Sequence record: NC_093713.1
DNA length: 41,184 bases
Direction: 5' to 3' (one strand)
Source: a phage
A program made the position numbers and the translations under genes. Shown piece after piece: positions 9,214 through 18,543 of this stretch. Positions within the stretch are counted from its first letter, which is position 1, and the number at the start of each line of letters is the position of its first letter. A model generated the notes under the pieces. That model ran no database searches and was not told the origin of the DNA. It saw only the letters and a list, made by a program, of their open reading frames with translations.

Positions 9214-11501
9214 TATTTAAACCCCGGCGAGTTTCTTGTGGCTTTGCGGGCCTTGCTAATCTTGCTGTTGCTGTTCTGCAAAGAGGCAGCCACCTGCTCC
9301 TCGATGATGATTCGCAAACGGCCTTCATCATCCTGCTCAGTGGATACGTTGCCGATTTGAGAACTCGTGTTGTTTACGATAGTAACATTAGGCGGGCCGG
9401 AAGAAGACCCGTTTTGCCCCATAATTTCTTTCATCTGCTGTGCTGTGCGAACACGAGATGCGCCAGCAGGCATGATGACTTCTGGTTTACCGCGTTCTGC
9501 GATGGTGGAAGCCTGCCCTGCGGATAACTGTCCCCCCTGTTCACGCGCGGACCTGATAGCGGAAATCTGCGCCATACCCGCCCCAACGGCAGCGGCAGCG
9601 GCTACGGGGGCCAGGAACGGGCCAACTACAGGGATAGCCGCCGTTGACTTGTACGCCTCAATAGCTGCGGTGTACGTGGCTATAGTGGCCTGTACGATAG
9701 CGAATGCCTTGTACGCGCCAGAAGCCTCACCCAACGCAGACCCGATGTTTGAGGCCATGTTACCAAAGGCCGTTGCCGTTGCATCGGCACGTTTGGTTGC
9801 GTATTGCTCGTTGATGGCGTTAAGAGCGGCCTGATACTGCTTCTCGCTAATCAGCCCCTGTTCACGGTATTTATCAGCTACCGCCAGTTTCTGCTGTTCC
9901 TGGATGTCGAGAAGCTCAAGCTCAGTAGCGTTCTGACCCATAATCTGAGCCATGAAGTCGTCACCTTTCTGCTGCTTTTCCTGGGCTTCTTTCTGGCGTT
10001 TATCCAGTTCATCTTGCCGTTTTTGCCCGGCTTCGAGGACGATAGCTGTTTTAGCCTGTTCGTATTCTTTCAGCGACAGCGCGCCCTGGCTGTAGAACTC
10101 TTTTGCCTTAGCCAGTTTCTGCTGTTCCTGCGCGTCGATAGCCTTTAACTCATCGTTGTTCTGGCGAGCCAAAGTGTCGAGGTAATCCTGCGCCTGATTC
10201 CGCAATTGTTCTGCTTTCTTGGCGGCGGCTTTTGCCGCTTTATCGTCGGTGTTTCCTGCCCCGCCAGTTCCGCCCTTTTTATTAACAAGACTGGCTAAGT
10301 CAATTTCTTGCTTCTTGCGCTCGTCGTACTGCTTGCGCTGTTCCTCAATTTCTTTCTTACGCTGCTTAGACCTGTTGGTAATGGCCTGTGATTCTGCCTC
10401 TGCGCGTTTTATGCTAGCGGCGTACGCGGCGTCGGCCTCTGCGGTCAGGTTTTTAAATGTTAGCGCCGCCGTTTTGCTCGGGTCAAACACGTCGGCAAGG
10501 GTCTGCCCTAACGCTACAGCGTAATCGTCGATGCGCTGGAACCACGCAATAACCTCGTGAAATGTCTGCTGGATGTCCGGCAACCACTCACGGATGGCAT
10601 CCGGTATAGTCCCCAGCGAGTCAGACATATCAACGGATTTGTCCTCGGTATCGAATGCCAGGTCATTCAAGGCGTCGGAAATAAACTTGAATGACTCATT
10701 GAACAGCGCCACCCAATCCTGGAGCGTGGCGGCTATCTCATTAGACGCGATGGCGTCGGTAAGCGCCGTGATAGCGTCTTCCGCTGTGGCCGCTTGCTCA
10801 CCTACGGCGTCGCCAAAACCAGACTGCGCCACCGCAAGAACAAGACCGTCGAAGGAGTCGGCGAGGCTCGATAACTGGCCGTCTAGCGTCTTAGAGCGCG
10901 TCTCCATCGCCCCGGCAAAATCGGTGTTGCCGATATTCAGGAGGTATTTCTGAATCTCTTCGGAGTTCTTCTTAACCGTGGTAGTTACGCCGCGGAACGT
11001 GAACGAAACTGTATCTGCCTGTTGCGACGACTTGATGCCGAACTCTTTTAAGCGCTCAAATTCAAATGTACTGGCGTCGGCAACTGCCTCAATCATCTGA
11101 TTAAGGTCTTTACCCATAGCCGCCGCGGTGTTGCCGTAGGAGATTAACGCCTCTTTGCTGGGGTTCAGACCGAGCGCAACGAGCTTGGTAAACCCCTCTA
11201 CCGCCTGATTGAGACCGTACGGGGTCTCTTTTGCGAACTGTTGCAGGACGCTGAAAGCCTTAGCCGCGTTCTCGGCGCTCCCGGTCATCGTGATGAGGCC
11301 GGAGTTCAGCTTATCGAAGTTTCGCTGGGAATCCACCAGCGCGCTGAACACCTGCTTAGCGGTTTCCAGACTGACAACGGCGGCGGCGGCGGCCCCCGCC
11401 GCCTTGGTAAGCCCGTTCAGTTGTGATGTGGTTTTATCGACGCCGGTCGATGATACTCGTACTATCAAGCTAGCGGTATCAGCCATGATTTCTACCTTCA
11501 A
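9213..11501 (-). CDS. tail tape measure protein
   Basis: 762 aa, Ala/Gln/Glu/Lys-rich and helical in character, directly downstream of the tail chaperone pair; probable ATG start at 11486 with SD AAGGT (track start is TTG at 11501). Confidence 0.85.
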   Translation of the reverse strand: MKVEIMADTASLIVRVSSTGVDKTTSQLNGLTKAAGAAAAAVVSLETAKQVFSALVDSQRNFDKLNSGLITMTGSAENAAKAFSVLQQFAKETPYGLNQAVEGFTKLVALGLNPSKEALISYGNTAAAMGKDLNQMIEAVADASTFEFERLKEFGIKSSQQADTVSFTFRGVTTTVKKNSEEIQKYLLNIGNTDFAGAMETRSKTLDGQLSSLADSFDGLVLAVAQSGFGDAVGEQAATAEDAITALTDAIASNEIAATLQDWVALFNESFKFISDALNDLAFDTEDKSVDMSDSLGTIPDAIREWLPDIQQTFHEVIAWFQRIDDYAVALGQTLADVFDPSKTAALTFKNLTAEADAAYAASIKRAEAESQAITNRSKQRKKEIEEQRKQYDERKKQEIDLASLVNKKGGTGGAGNTDDKAAKAAAKKAEQLRNQAQDYLDTLARQNNDELKAIDAQEQQKLAKAKEFYSQGALSLKEYEQAKTAIVLEAGQKRQDELDKRQKEAQEKQQKGDDFMAQIMGQNATELELLDIQEQQKLAVADKYREQGLISEKQYQAALNAINEQYATKRADATATAFGNMASNIGSALGEASGAYKAFAIVQATIATYTAAIEAYKSTAAIPVVGPFLAPVAAAAAVGAGMAQISAIRSAREQGGQLSAGQASTIAERGKPEVIMPAGASRVRTAQQMKEIMGQNGSSSGPPNVTIVNNTSSQIGNVSTEQDDEGRLRIIIEEQVAASLQNSNSKISKARKATRNSPGFK

Positions 11502-11811
11502 AGATTGCTTCTAAGCCCATGATAATGTCTATCTCGAACAGGCTAAGCTGTTTTTGCGTAACATCGAGATAGGCTTTCAGGTCTTGCCACGTAACAGATT
11601 CTCTTGCAAACAATACTACAGCGTCCTCGCGCACGTGTCGCGTAAACTTAATGTCGCAATACGTCTCAAAGGTGGATATAAAAAGGGGCGGGCATTCTGG
11701 CCCACCCCGTCGCGCTGCACGTTTTTTCTTATCGATTACACCCATCGCGATAAGCGCCTGTTCGTGTCCGTCGGCGATAGAATCAAACTCTCTGATTTTA
11801 TGCTTATCCAC
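11479..11811 (-). CDS. tail assembly chaperone, T segment (probably expressed as a G-T fusion by -1 frameshift)
   Basis: ORF is in the -1 frame relative to 11844..12260 and is open from 11862, overlapping the last 6 codons of the upstream gene. Confidence 0.5.
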   Translation of the reverse strand: MDKHKIREFDSIADGHEQALIAMGVIDKKKRAARRGGPECPPLFISTFETYCDIKFTRHVREDAVVLFARESVTWQDLKAYLDVTQKQLSLFEIDIIMGLEAIFEGRNHG

Positions 11812-11843
11812 AAACTCGTAGGTGGCGAACCTGTACAGCGCGT

Positions 11844-12260
11844 CTACTTTTCCTGTAATGCTTTACGCTCGGCGTTATGGAACGCCGCCACCTGTGTACC
11901 TAATGCCTTGAATTGGTCGAGCAATTTGCTAAACGCTTCCTTAGAGAAAGGCTCGTCAAAGCTCCAGCCGTTTACTACTTCTGCCGCAAGTTGCCGGTTG
12001 AGGTCTTCTGCCAGTTCGTTAACCGCCAGGTTATATTCAGTATAATCACCAGAGTCTTTGGCAGCTTTTTCCAGTTCTTCAAAACGTGCCAGCCCGCGGC
12101 GGTACGCAATAATGAAAGCACGCCCCGCTTTAACGGCGGCATCCGCATCTGGATTTACAACGTTAAGCCACTCACCGGAGTCTTCGCCATTCGGCAGGAG
12201 AATCGGCATCTTCTTGCCCGCCAGTGCTTTCTCTTCGAAATAAAAATCAGAAAGTTTCAT
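11844..12260 (-). CDS. tail assembly chaperone (lambda G-like)
   Basis: 138 aa, immediately upstream of tape measure; SD AAGGA before the ATG. Confidence 0.55.
   Translation of the reverse strand: MKLSDFYFEEKALAGKKMPILLPNGEDSGEWLNVVNPDADAAVKAGRAFIIAYRRGLARFEELEKAAKDSGDYTEYNLAVNELAEDLNRQLAAEVVNGWSFDEPFSKEAFSKLLDQFKALGTQVAAFHNAERKALQEK
11847..11853 (-). promoter_or_regulatory. candidate -1 programmed ribosomal frameshift site (mRNA G GAA AAG followed by TAG)
   Basis: A-site AAG to AAA slip is possible at the last sense codons of the G-like ORF; downstream frame open for ~120 codons. Confidence 0.4.
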
Positions 12261-12368
12261 TCTTTAATCCTTTGGTTAAGAGGTTACAGGTTAACGATAA
12301 ATGCGCCAGACGGGAACCACCCGCTTTTCGTGTGCGACACTAGGCGCAAAATTATTCTATCACATTAC

Positions 12369-12397
12369 TTGCACACCCCAATATAATAGGGTACTAT
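12369..12397 (+). promoter_or_regulatory. sigma70-like promoter (TTGCAC-N17-TACTAT) carrying the conserved palindromic element
   Basis: Element AATAGGGTACTATTCA at 12380..12400; same architecture on the - strand at 30306..30334 and 31115..31143. Confidence 0.55.
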
Positions 12398-12427
12398 TCA
12401 CTTACACCAACAATGGAGGGATTTAAA

Positions 12428-12619
12428 ATGTCAAGTTTACCAGTTTCCTTAATTCTGTTTGCACTTCTCGTTTATTTTGCGCCTTTCCTGGTTGCGTACT
12501 TCCGTAACCATAAAGCGAAGTTAGCGATATTCATGGCTAATCTGTTTCTTGGCTGGGCGCTGCTGCCGTGGGTCTTTATTTTAATCTGGGCGTGCAACTC
12601 GAATGTTAACGAGAAGTGA
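12428..12619 (+). CDS. superinfection immunity-like small membrane protein (Imm_superinfect-like)
   Basis: 63 aa from the ATG preceded by GGAGGG; sequence FRNHKAKLAIFMANLFLGWALLPWVFILIWA matches the family signature as recalled; two hydrophobic segments. Confidence 0.6.
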   Translation: MSSLPVSLILFALLVYFAPFLVAYFRNHKAKLAIFMANLFLGWALLPWVFILIWACNSNVNEK

Positions 12620-12657
12620 GCTAGTATAGGACAAATCCTAAACACGAGGAAGTAAGT

Positions 12658-13788
12658 ATGGCCCAGAAGAAAATAACCGACGAACAGTTGCAGGAAGAAT
12701 TGAACGCCGGGATGAAGAATATCGATATAGCTCGTAAATACGGCATCTCTGACCGCGTTATCCGTATCCGTAAAGCGAAGCTGGCTAAGAAAGGCGTAGG
12801 CCACGGGCGCGACGTTAGTCACCTTGTGCCGGACGGCTACAAGATTAAAGGAACGTCGTCGCTGGTGGACGAGTTCGGCAACACTAAGTTGCAATGGGTT
12901 AAGACAGACACCGATGCTGAACGTCAGGTCGAGTTGATGAAAGCCGTAATCGAAGGAATGAAATCAGAGATTACGCCAGTCGCCCCTGTTAAAGCAGCAC
13001 GCGCCAAACGCGACGGCAAGCTACTCAATCTTTACACGGTATCTGATTTTCACCTCGGTATGCTGGCATGGGCTGACGAGAGCGGCGACGACTGGGATAT
13101 GAAAATCGCGGAAGACCTGTTCTCTCGTTGGTTCGATGCCGCGTTTCAGAAAGCGCCGGATGCAGGAACAGGAGTTATTAATCTGCTCGGCGACCTTGCG
13201 CACTTCGATAGCCTGGACGCCGTTACACCGGCAAGTGGTCATGTTCTCGATGCGGACACGCGCTATCAGAAACTGGTCCGCTACATGATTCGTATGGTCC
13301 GCCGTGTCGTTGATATGGCCCTTGTTAAGCATAAAAATGTTCGCTTGCTTATTGTGCAAGGTAACCACGACGAAAGCGGAATGATTTGGTTAGCTGAGAT
13401 GTTCAGCACACTGTACGACAATGAGCCTCGTGTGTTCGTCGATACGTCGCCGGATGTTTACAAGATGGTGCAACACGGCAAAACGACGCTGTTCTTTACA
13501 CACGGGCATAAATGCCGGTTTGAGGTGGTCGAACCCATTATGATAGCTAAGTTCAGAAAAGCATTTGGCGAAAGCGAGTACAGTTACGCACATGTCGGGC
13601 ATCTCCACCACCAAAAGATTGTAGAAAGCCGTAACATGGTTGTTGAGCAACATCGCACCTTAGCGGCGAAAGATGCATATGCTTCCCGCGGCGGGTGGAT
13701 GTCAGGCCGTAGCGCAAACGTAATTACTTATAGCGCCGAATATGGCGAGGTCGCACGTTTAACTATTTCACCGGAGATGCTTGGATGA
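12658..13788 (+). CDS. calcineurin-like metallophosphoesterase with N-terminal HTH domain
   Basis: 376 aa; motifs SDFHLG, LGDLAHFD, QGNHDE, THGH, GHLHH; N-terminal MKNIDIARKYGISDRVIRIRKAK HTH; SD GAGGAA. Confidence 0.7.
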   Translation: MAQKKITDEQLQEELNAGMKNIDIARKYGISDRVIRIRKAKLAKKGVGHGRDVSHLVPDGYKIKGTSSLVDEFGNTKLQWVKTDTDAERQVELMKAVIEGMKSEITPVAPVKAARAKRDGKLLNLYTVSDFHLGMLAWADESGDDWDMKIAEDLFSRWFDAAFQKAPDAGTGVINLLGDLAHFDSLDAVTPASGHVLDADTRYQKLVRYMIRMVRRVVDMALVKHKNVRLLIVQGNHDESGMIWLAEMFSTLYDNEPRVFVDTSPDVYKMVQHGKTTLFFTHGHKCRFEVVEPIMIAKFRKAFGESEYSYAHVGHLHHQKIVESRNMVVEQHRTLAAKDAYASRGGWMSGRSANVITYSAEYGEVARLTISPEMLG

Positions 13789-14270
13789 AAGATATTGTGA
13801 TTTTCGATTTAGACGGGACATTGGCAGATGGTACTCATCGTTTACACCTGCTGCCGAAAGATAACTACGGCGAAACCTGGGCGTGGAAACCATTTAACAT
13901 GGCGTGCAAAGACGATGCACCCATTAAAGATAACATCGAACTGTGTAACGCCCTTAATCGTCGCTATGCCGTTATTATCTTAACAGGCCGTAGTGATGAC
14001 GCGGAAAAAGAAACCAGAATGTGGTTGCAGCGCCACCGCGTCGAATTTTATCAGTTAATCATGCGCAGCAAACACGACAACAGAAAAGACATCGTAATTA
14101 AAGAAGAGGTGTTGCGTGCTATTGGGCCGGAGAGAATCTTGTGTGCATTCGACGACTCTCCAGCGGTAATAAAGCATTTCCGCGAACTCGGCATAACCAC
14201 TCACGCAGTTACTGAATACGACTGTAACGGGAACTCTACACACTTAAAACCACATGGGAGTGATAAATAA
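13785..14270 (+). CDS. HAD-superfamily phosphatase, similar to the 3'-phosphatase domain of T4 polynucleotide kinase
   Basis: 161 aa; DxDGT motif IVIFDLDGTLA; recalled alignment to T4 Pnk phosphatase (VIILTGRSD..., KEEVL...AFDD); start overlaps upstream stop (ATGA). Confidence 0.7.
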   Translation: MKDIVIFDLDGTLADGTHRLHLLPKDNYGETWAWKPFNMACKDDAPIKDNIELCNALNRRYAVIILTGRSDDAEKETRMWLQRHRVEFYQLIMRSKHDNRKDIVIKEEVLRAIGPERILCAFDDSPAVIKHFRELGITTHAVTEYDCNGNSTHLKPHGSDK

Positions 14271-14824
14271 TGGCTAAGGTAATTATTCTTAATGGTCCTG
14301 CGGGCTGCGGGAAAGACACACTTGCTAGGGCGCTGGTAGAAATGGGCTTTGCGAAGGGTGTCGCCAGTTTCAAGAATCCGATGTTCAATATTGCTATGGC
14401 TGCGTTAGGCCAGGATGCTTACCGCGAGTTTCTCGACGGCTACGACGACCGGGCGCGGAAAGAAAAGCCAGAGGGTTTCCTTAACGGGTTGTCTCGGCGT
14501 CAGTTCATGATTGCCATTTCCGAGCAATTCATTAAACCGGTATTCGGTGATGATTATTTCGGTAAGTATCTTGCCGGAAACTTGCCCGACGGCGACGAAG
14601 TTTTTGTGGTGTCTGATGGCGGGTTCGCCAGCGAAGTAGCCCCTATCGTTGCCGCAGGGCATGATGTGAGAATCGTCCGCTTGCACAGAGACGGCCATAC
14701 GTTTGAAGGGGACAGCCGCGGTTACCTGTACGATATTGATGGTGTAAAAGATTATGACACCTACATCATACCGGGTTACGTTAAATCGAACGCTATAGGC
14801 ATTGCTTTAAGATTAGGTTTGTAA
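14270..14824 (+). CDS. deoxynucleoside monophosphate kinase-like P-loop kinase
   Basis: 184 aa; P-loop GPAGCGKDT and a C-terminal block resembling T4 gp1 dNMP kinase from memory; start overlaps upstream stop (TAATG). Confidence 0.65.
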   Translation: MAKVIILNGPAGCGKDTLARALVEMGFAKGVASFKNPMFNIAMAALGQDAYREFLDGYDDRARKEKPEGFLNGLSRRQFMIAISEQFIKPVFGDDYFGKYLAGNLPDGDEVFVVSDGGFASEVAPIVAAGHDVRIVRLHRDGHTFEGDSRGYLYDIDGVKDYDTYIIPGYVKSNAIGIALRLGL

Positions 14825-14825
14825 G

Positions 14826-14856
14826 AAAAAGGCCCCAAACGGGGCCTTAGTTTTAT
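14826..14856. terminator. bidirectional rho-independent terminator
   Basis: AAAAAGGCCCC-AAAC-GGGGCCTTAGTTTTAT between the convergent island and the major tail gene. Confidence 0.65.
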
Positions 14857-16025
14857 GCGTATGTGATACGCTGAATAACAATAGACGACTGGTACTGGTT
14901 GCCAGTAGCCTGGCCTTCAATAGACTGAGTGATTGACTCAGGTCCTCCAATCTCAGGTGTAACCGCCGTAAGTTCTGCACGTTTCAAACTGAAAGACATA
15001 GCCCCGTTTACCCCCGCCAGAATAGAGTTAATCTCCACCTGCTGCTCGTTGATAAACTTCTGAATCATCGCCATGTCGTACAGCTTACCGGAGATGGAGA
15101 AGGTGTTAGCTGCTCGGCTACGCTCCACAAAGGCCACGTTAGTGTTGCCGAGTTCGAACTGCGCGGACGCGCTGTTGTCGTTGGTGATGGTAAGGCTATC
15201 ACAACGCAACGGCGTAGAGCCATCGAACACGGAAACGTCAACCGAAGAGAACGGCTCATCACCAAAAGTAACAGATGAGAAGTTGGAACCGGTCGGCGGC
15301 GTAGTGAGAATCTCCTGACTGCGACCGATGAATGGGAAGCTGCCAGTTACCATCGCGTTAACAGCCTGTTCGATGGTAAAACCAGAAACTTCCACGCCTT
15401 TGGTTAGTGTGTACGCGTCAGTCCCGCCGCACTGGCCTTTGTACCAGGTGAGAATAGAGAACGTCTTGCACTGGCTTCCCGTTTCCAGTTTATCCCCTGT
15501 CTTAGCGGCGGTAGTTACTGTCTCTGTGGTCAGGGTATGCTGGATACCCGCCCCGGTCACTACCAGCGCCTCTACTGCAGTTACGATAAACGGTTTTGCG
15601 TTGTCACCGGTTAAGTCGGTAAACGCAATCAGGTCGCCCACTTCAACGCCGTCAGAAATAAAGCTACCTTCGGCACGGGTAAAGGTCTTGCCTGCAGGCG
15701 CGACGGTAATTGATAGCCCGGTCAGAGAACTACCGGATTGCCATGTAGAGCCTAAAGCACCCGCCAGCCAGTCGTCCTGGCTTTTCGAGCTAAGCTCAAT
15801 AGCGTATTCTCCGCTAACCTGCTTGTTACCGGTGCGGATTGACGTAGTTTCACGGCTGCCGTCCAGTTCGTTGGAGGTCAGCGTGTCGCGGGTAATGGCA
15901 GGAACGCCACCTGTGTTACGCAATGGCGACCAGACCGGGTTAGTCGGTGTTACGCCCGGGGTAGTTTCTGCCACATAGAATTGCGCAGTATTCGCGCCCT
16001 TAAAAGGAGTTGTAGCCATATTCAC
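14853..16025 (-). CDS. major tail protein (putative)
   Basis: Large ORF after head-tail joining genes and before tail chaperones; probable ATG at 16019 with SD AGAGG (track start is GTG). Confidence 0.5.
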   Translation of the reverse strand: MNMATTPFKGANTAQFYVAETTPGVTPTNPVWSPLRNTGGVPAITRDTLTSNELDGSRETTSIRTGNKQVSGEYAIELSSKSQDDWLAGALGSTWQSGSSLTGLSITVAPAGKTFTRAEGSFISDGVEVGDLIAFTDLTGDNAKPFIVTAVEALVVTGAGIQHTLTTETVTTAAKTGDKLETGSQCKTFSILTWYKGQCGGTDAYTLTKGVEVSGFTIEQAVNAMVTGSFPFIGRSQEILTTPPTGSNFSSVTFGDEPFSSVDVSVFDGSTPLRCDSLTITNDNSASAQFELGNTNVAFVERSRAANTFSISGKLYDMAMIQKFINEQQVEINSILAGVNGAMSFSLKRAELTAVTPEIGGPESITQSIEGQATGNQYQSSIVIQRITYA

Positions 16026-16438
16026 AGCCTCTTGGTGAATGCAATAAAGTTAATTGACAATGGTCGTTTGGCCCATCCGTTTTCTACAATCAGCGGCCCC
16101 AGGCTAACCTCATTCACAACGGCGCAGATGTCGTTACGTGAAAATGACTTACCTGCTTTAAACGCCGTGTTAAGTAAGTCTGCCATTTTATTGATCGGCG
16201 CGCTACCTTTCACCGATGCGTAGTTAATGTCGACCTGATAAACACCCGCGCGTTGTTCCGTGAAGAACAAATCTGCTTGCTCCGTATCCGCCAGCAACAT
16301 GTAACTTGCCAGATACGGCGTATCGGTTGACGTCGGCGCGTCGATGTTTTCAAGCGCGACCTTAATGCCGTTGGTGGTTCCGAAGGCTACCAGCGGCACA
16401 TCGAACGCTTTCGTTAAGTCCTCAAAGTAGCCCATCAT
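16022..16438 (-). CDS. head-tail joining / tail terminator-like protein (putative)
   Basis: 138 aa, position; overlaps neighbours by ATGA. Confidence 0.4.
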   Translation of the reverse strand: MMGYFEDLTKAFDVPLVAFGTTNGIKVALENIDAPTSTDTPYLASYMLLADTEQADLFFTEQRAGVYQVDINYASVKGSAPINKMADLLNTAFKAGKSFSRNDICAVVNEVSLGPLIVENGWAKRPLSINFIAFTKRL

Positions 16439-16830
16439 TTCACCTTGTTGGCTTCTTCGTTAATGAGTTGCTGGAAACGCGATATATTAGTTCTTACCAT
16501 ACCTTGTGGTGCCTGTCGCGACCAGCCATACTCCAGCCGTTGTGCATACGGCAGATTATTTGTCAGCGTGAACTCGCGCCAGTCTGTAGCTTTAAGCACG
16601 AAACTTGTAGCGTTTCCGGTTGCCGTGTTTCCTGATTTATCCGTAGCGTCTGTAATTCCGGAAGCGGGAGTGCCGCCAGACGCCATCCAGTTCATACGAA
16701 AGCGACCTGTATCTACCGGACTTGCCTTTATGATAGCGGAAAACAGTTTGATAGACACCTGACGCATCACCTTCTCGGGGTTCTTCTTCGCCTTTTCCAC
16801 GAACTTAGAGACATCAAGCGCGAAACTCAT
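16435..16830 (-). CDS. head-tail joining protein (putative)
   Basis: 131 aa, position in the neck gene block. Confidence 0.4.
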   Translation of the reverse strand: MSFALDVSKFVEKAKKNPEKVMRQVSIKLFSAIIKASPVDTGRFRMNWMASGGTPASGITDATDKSGNTATGNATSFVLKATDWREFTLTNNLPYAQRLEYGWSRQAPQGMVRTNISRFQQLINEEANKVK

Positions 16831-17240
16831 TTTCTCACCTGAATAAAATACGCCACGACATCATCGTTAACCATCTTCTTCTCGATAGCTACGACAGACC
16901 ATTGCTCGCCGCCGAATTGTACCTTGTCTTCCATTTTTGGCACGACACTGCAATCCGCTTTAACAACCATGTCGCCAGCCTGAATCGTCGTACCATTAAC
17001 CAGTCCCACGTTAACCGGAACCGGAACGGCCTTCAACGGCAGCACTTCATCGTCAGGCCATACGTACTCACCGAGAACTTCATCCCACACTTTCGATCCA
17101 GCACGAACCAGAGATACCGTGCTCCCGAATTTGGTTAGCAGTCGTGTACCAACGCCTTGCATACGTTTACTGAAAGCAGTGCTCATCTGGCGGCCTCCAG
17201 TCTCGAAATAACCAGTAGCGCGGACGGTGCTGTGCCCCAT
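16827..17240 (-). CDS. head-tail connector / head completion protein (putative)
   Basis: Probable ATG at 17186 with SD TGGAGG and ATGA overlap with the upstream stop. Confidence 0.4.
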   Translation of the reverse strand: MGHSTVRATGYFETGGRQMSTAFSKRMQGVGTRLLTKFGSTVSLVRAGSKVWDEVLGEYVWPDDEVLPLKAVPVPVNVGLVNGTTIQAGDMVVKADCSVVPKMEDKVQFGGEQWSVVAIEKKMVNDDVVAYFIQVRK

Positions 17241-17800
17241 GCGGTTACGGTAGCGACTTGTGGGTACACGCCGCCGAAGTTAGTTCCGGCGCTATCCCGC
17301 ATAATCTGTATAGCCAGCGTCTGACCGGCAGCAGGGTTAACAACTACACGCGATTCGATCGGGATTGTTACGTCGGCGCTTACCAGTTTAGTTGCTGCGG
17401 GAGAACCGTACTGAGCACCATTAAGAAGAATGCGCGATAACAGGATTGACGTTCCGCTAGCGCCCGTGCGCCCGGCCTGTAACTTGATGCGAACGGCATA
17501 GTTTCCGGGGGTGTTGAACGTAACCAGCCTCGCAGCATTAATCATTACCGGGTAGGATGCGCTACCCTGAGCAGAGCCGAAAGTTAACTGCAACGCCGTG
17601 TCTACTGCGGTAGGCGCTTGGGCTACAGTAACCGCAGCACGGAGAACTTCAACTTCTTTAACGCCTGGAGTGGCGTAAATAGGAGAGTCCGCCATCTGTG
17701 TCATTACTTCGCGTAACTTCGCGGGGGTGATAAGCCCGGTGGTGTTGTCGGGAAGATTCGCACCGATAAGGGTGAACATCTCTGTTTTAGTTTTCACCAT
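17183..17800 (-). CDS. structural protein, hypothetical
   Basis: 205 aa ORF in the structural block. Confidence 0.4.
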   Translation of the reverse strand: MVKTKTEMFTLIGANLPDNTTGLITPAKLREVMTQMADSPIYATPGVKEVEVLRAAVTVAQAPTAVDTALQLTFGSAQGSASYPVMINAARLVTFNTPGNYAVRIKLQAGRTGASGTSILLSRILLNGAQYGSPAATKLVSADVTIPIESRVVVNPAAGQTLAIQIMRDSAGTNFGGVYPQVATVTAWGTAPSALLVISRLEAAR

Positions 17801-17802
17801 TT

Positions 17803-18315
17803 TTAACCCCGGTACACGTTAAACGAGAAGCCATTGTTAAGACCGCCGCACAGTAACGGGCGTAATGCGTCGTCAGCAGCGGTAATCGCGGTTGTAGCTC
17901 CACTGCTGCCGTTGTTGAAGTAGGTTACAGTCACCGCACCCTCGACACGCTCAGTCTGCACGGAACGACCGTCTGAGTTGGCCCGCACCTCAGTACCTGC
18001 ACCATATGTAGCGGCAGCGATTACCTGCGCAAGAATCACCTGCTTCGGAATGGTATTGTTAGCTACCGAGAAGCCATTCAACGTTACCCCAGTGCGGGGG
18101 TACGCCAGCGACTGTTCAGCGGATACACGGCTACCGCACATCTGAGGTTCTGCAAGCCCAACATAAGTAGCACCGTTGCGCAGGGCCACCTCTGCGGCGG
18201 TATCGTCTGCTGGTAACCCAAGACCGTAATTAGCCGCTAACGCGCGGGCGTCGGCCAGACTAACGTAACTGTCGGCATCAGGTACTATCGACCCATCTTC
18301 CACGATTAGCGGCAT
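17803..18315 (-). CDS. head-tail adaptor / structural protein (putative)
   Basis: 170 aa ORF in the structural block. Confidence 0.4.
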   Translation of the reverse strand: MPLIVEDGSIVPDADSYVSLADARALAANYGLGLPADDTAAEVALRNGATYVGLAEPQMCGSRVSAEQSLAYPRTGVTLNGFSVANNTIPKQVILAQVIAAATYGAGTEVRANSDGRSVQTERVEGAVTVTYFNNGSSGATTAITAADDALRPLLCGGLNNGFSFNVYRG

Positions 18316-18318
18316 AAA

Positions 18319-18486
18319 TTATTCCTCTGATTTAGCCCGACGCTGGCGGCGCGGTGTCTCTTCTTTAGCCGATTCTACCACGGTGCCTTCTGGTGCGAAA
18401 CGAGCATCTACCACACGGAACCCCTGGCGGTTATACTCGCGCTTCTGCTCGATGGTAATCGGCATTGGTACATATTTAATTTCCAT
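18319..18486 (-). CDS. small protein (55 aa), hypothetical
   Basis: Hand-translated MEIKYVPMPITIEQKREYNRQGFRVVDARFAPEGTVVESAKEETPRRQRRAKSEE; strong SD AGGAGA 7 nt upstream; not in ORF track. Confidence 0.5.
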   Translation of the reverse strand: MEIKYVPMPITIEQKREYNRQGFRVVDARFAPEGTVVESAKEETPRRQRRAKSEE

Positions 18487-18504
18487 TTTAATTTCTCCTA
18501 GTAA

Positions 18505-18530
18505 AAAGGGGCCGTAGCCCCTTTGTTTTT
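18505..18530. terminator. rho-independent terminator downstream of the major capsid gene
   Basis: AAAGGGGC-CGTA-GCCCCTTT stem with T-runs on both strands. Confidence 0.65.
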
Positions 18531-18543
18531 ACCACTAACTGTA

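Noticed and set aside
9213-11501. Internal + strand ORFs (101-155 aa) within the tape measure gene
   Set aside because: Antisense, Ala/Ser/Leu-rich low-complexity translations of a gene that is itself compositionally biased.
12472-12894. 140 aa ORF on the - strand
   Set aside because: Overlaps the well-supported + strand Imm-like and metallophosphoesterase genes in antisense; no recognisable start context.
15328-15978. 216 aa ORF on the + strand
   Set aside because: Antisense to the major tail protein gene; low-complexity Ser/Val/Pro-rich translation.
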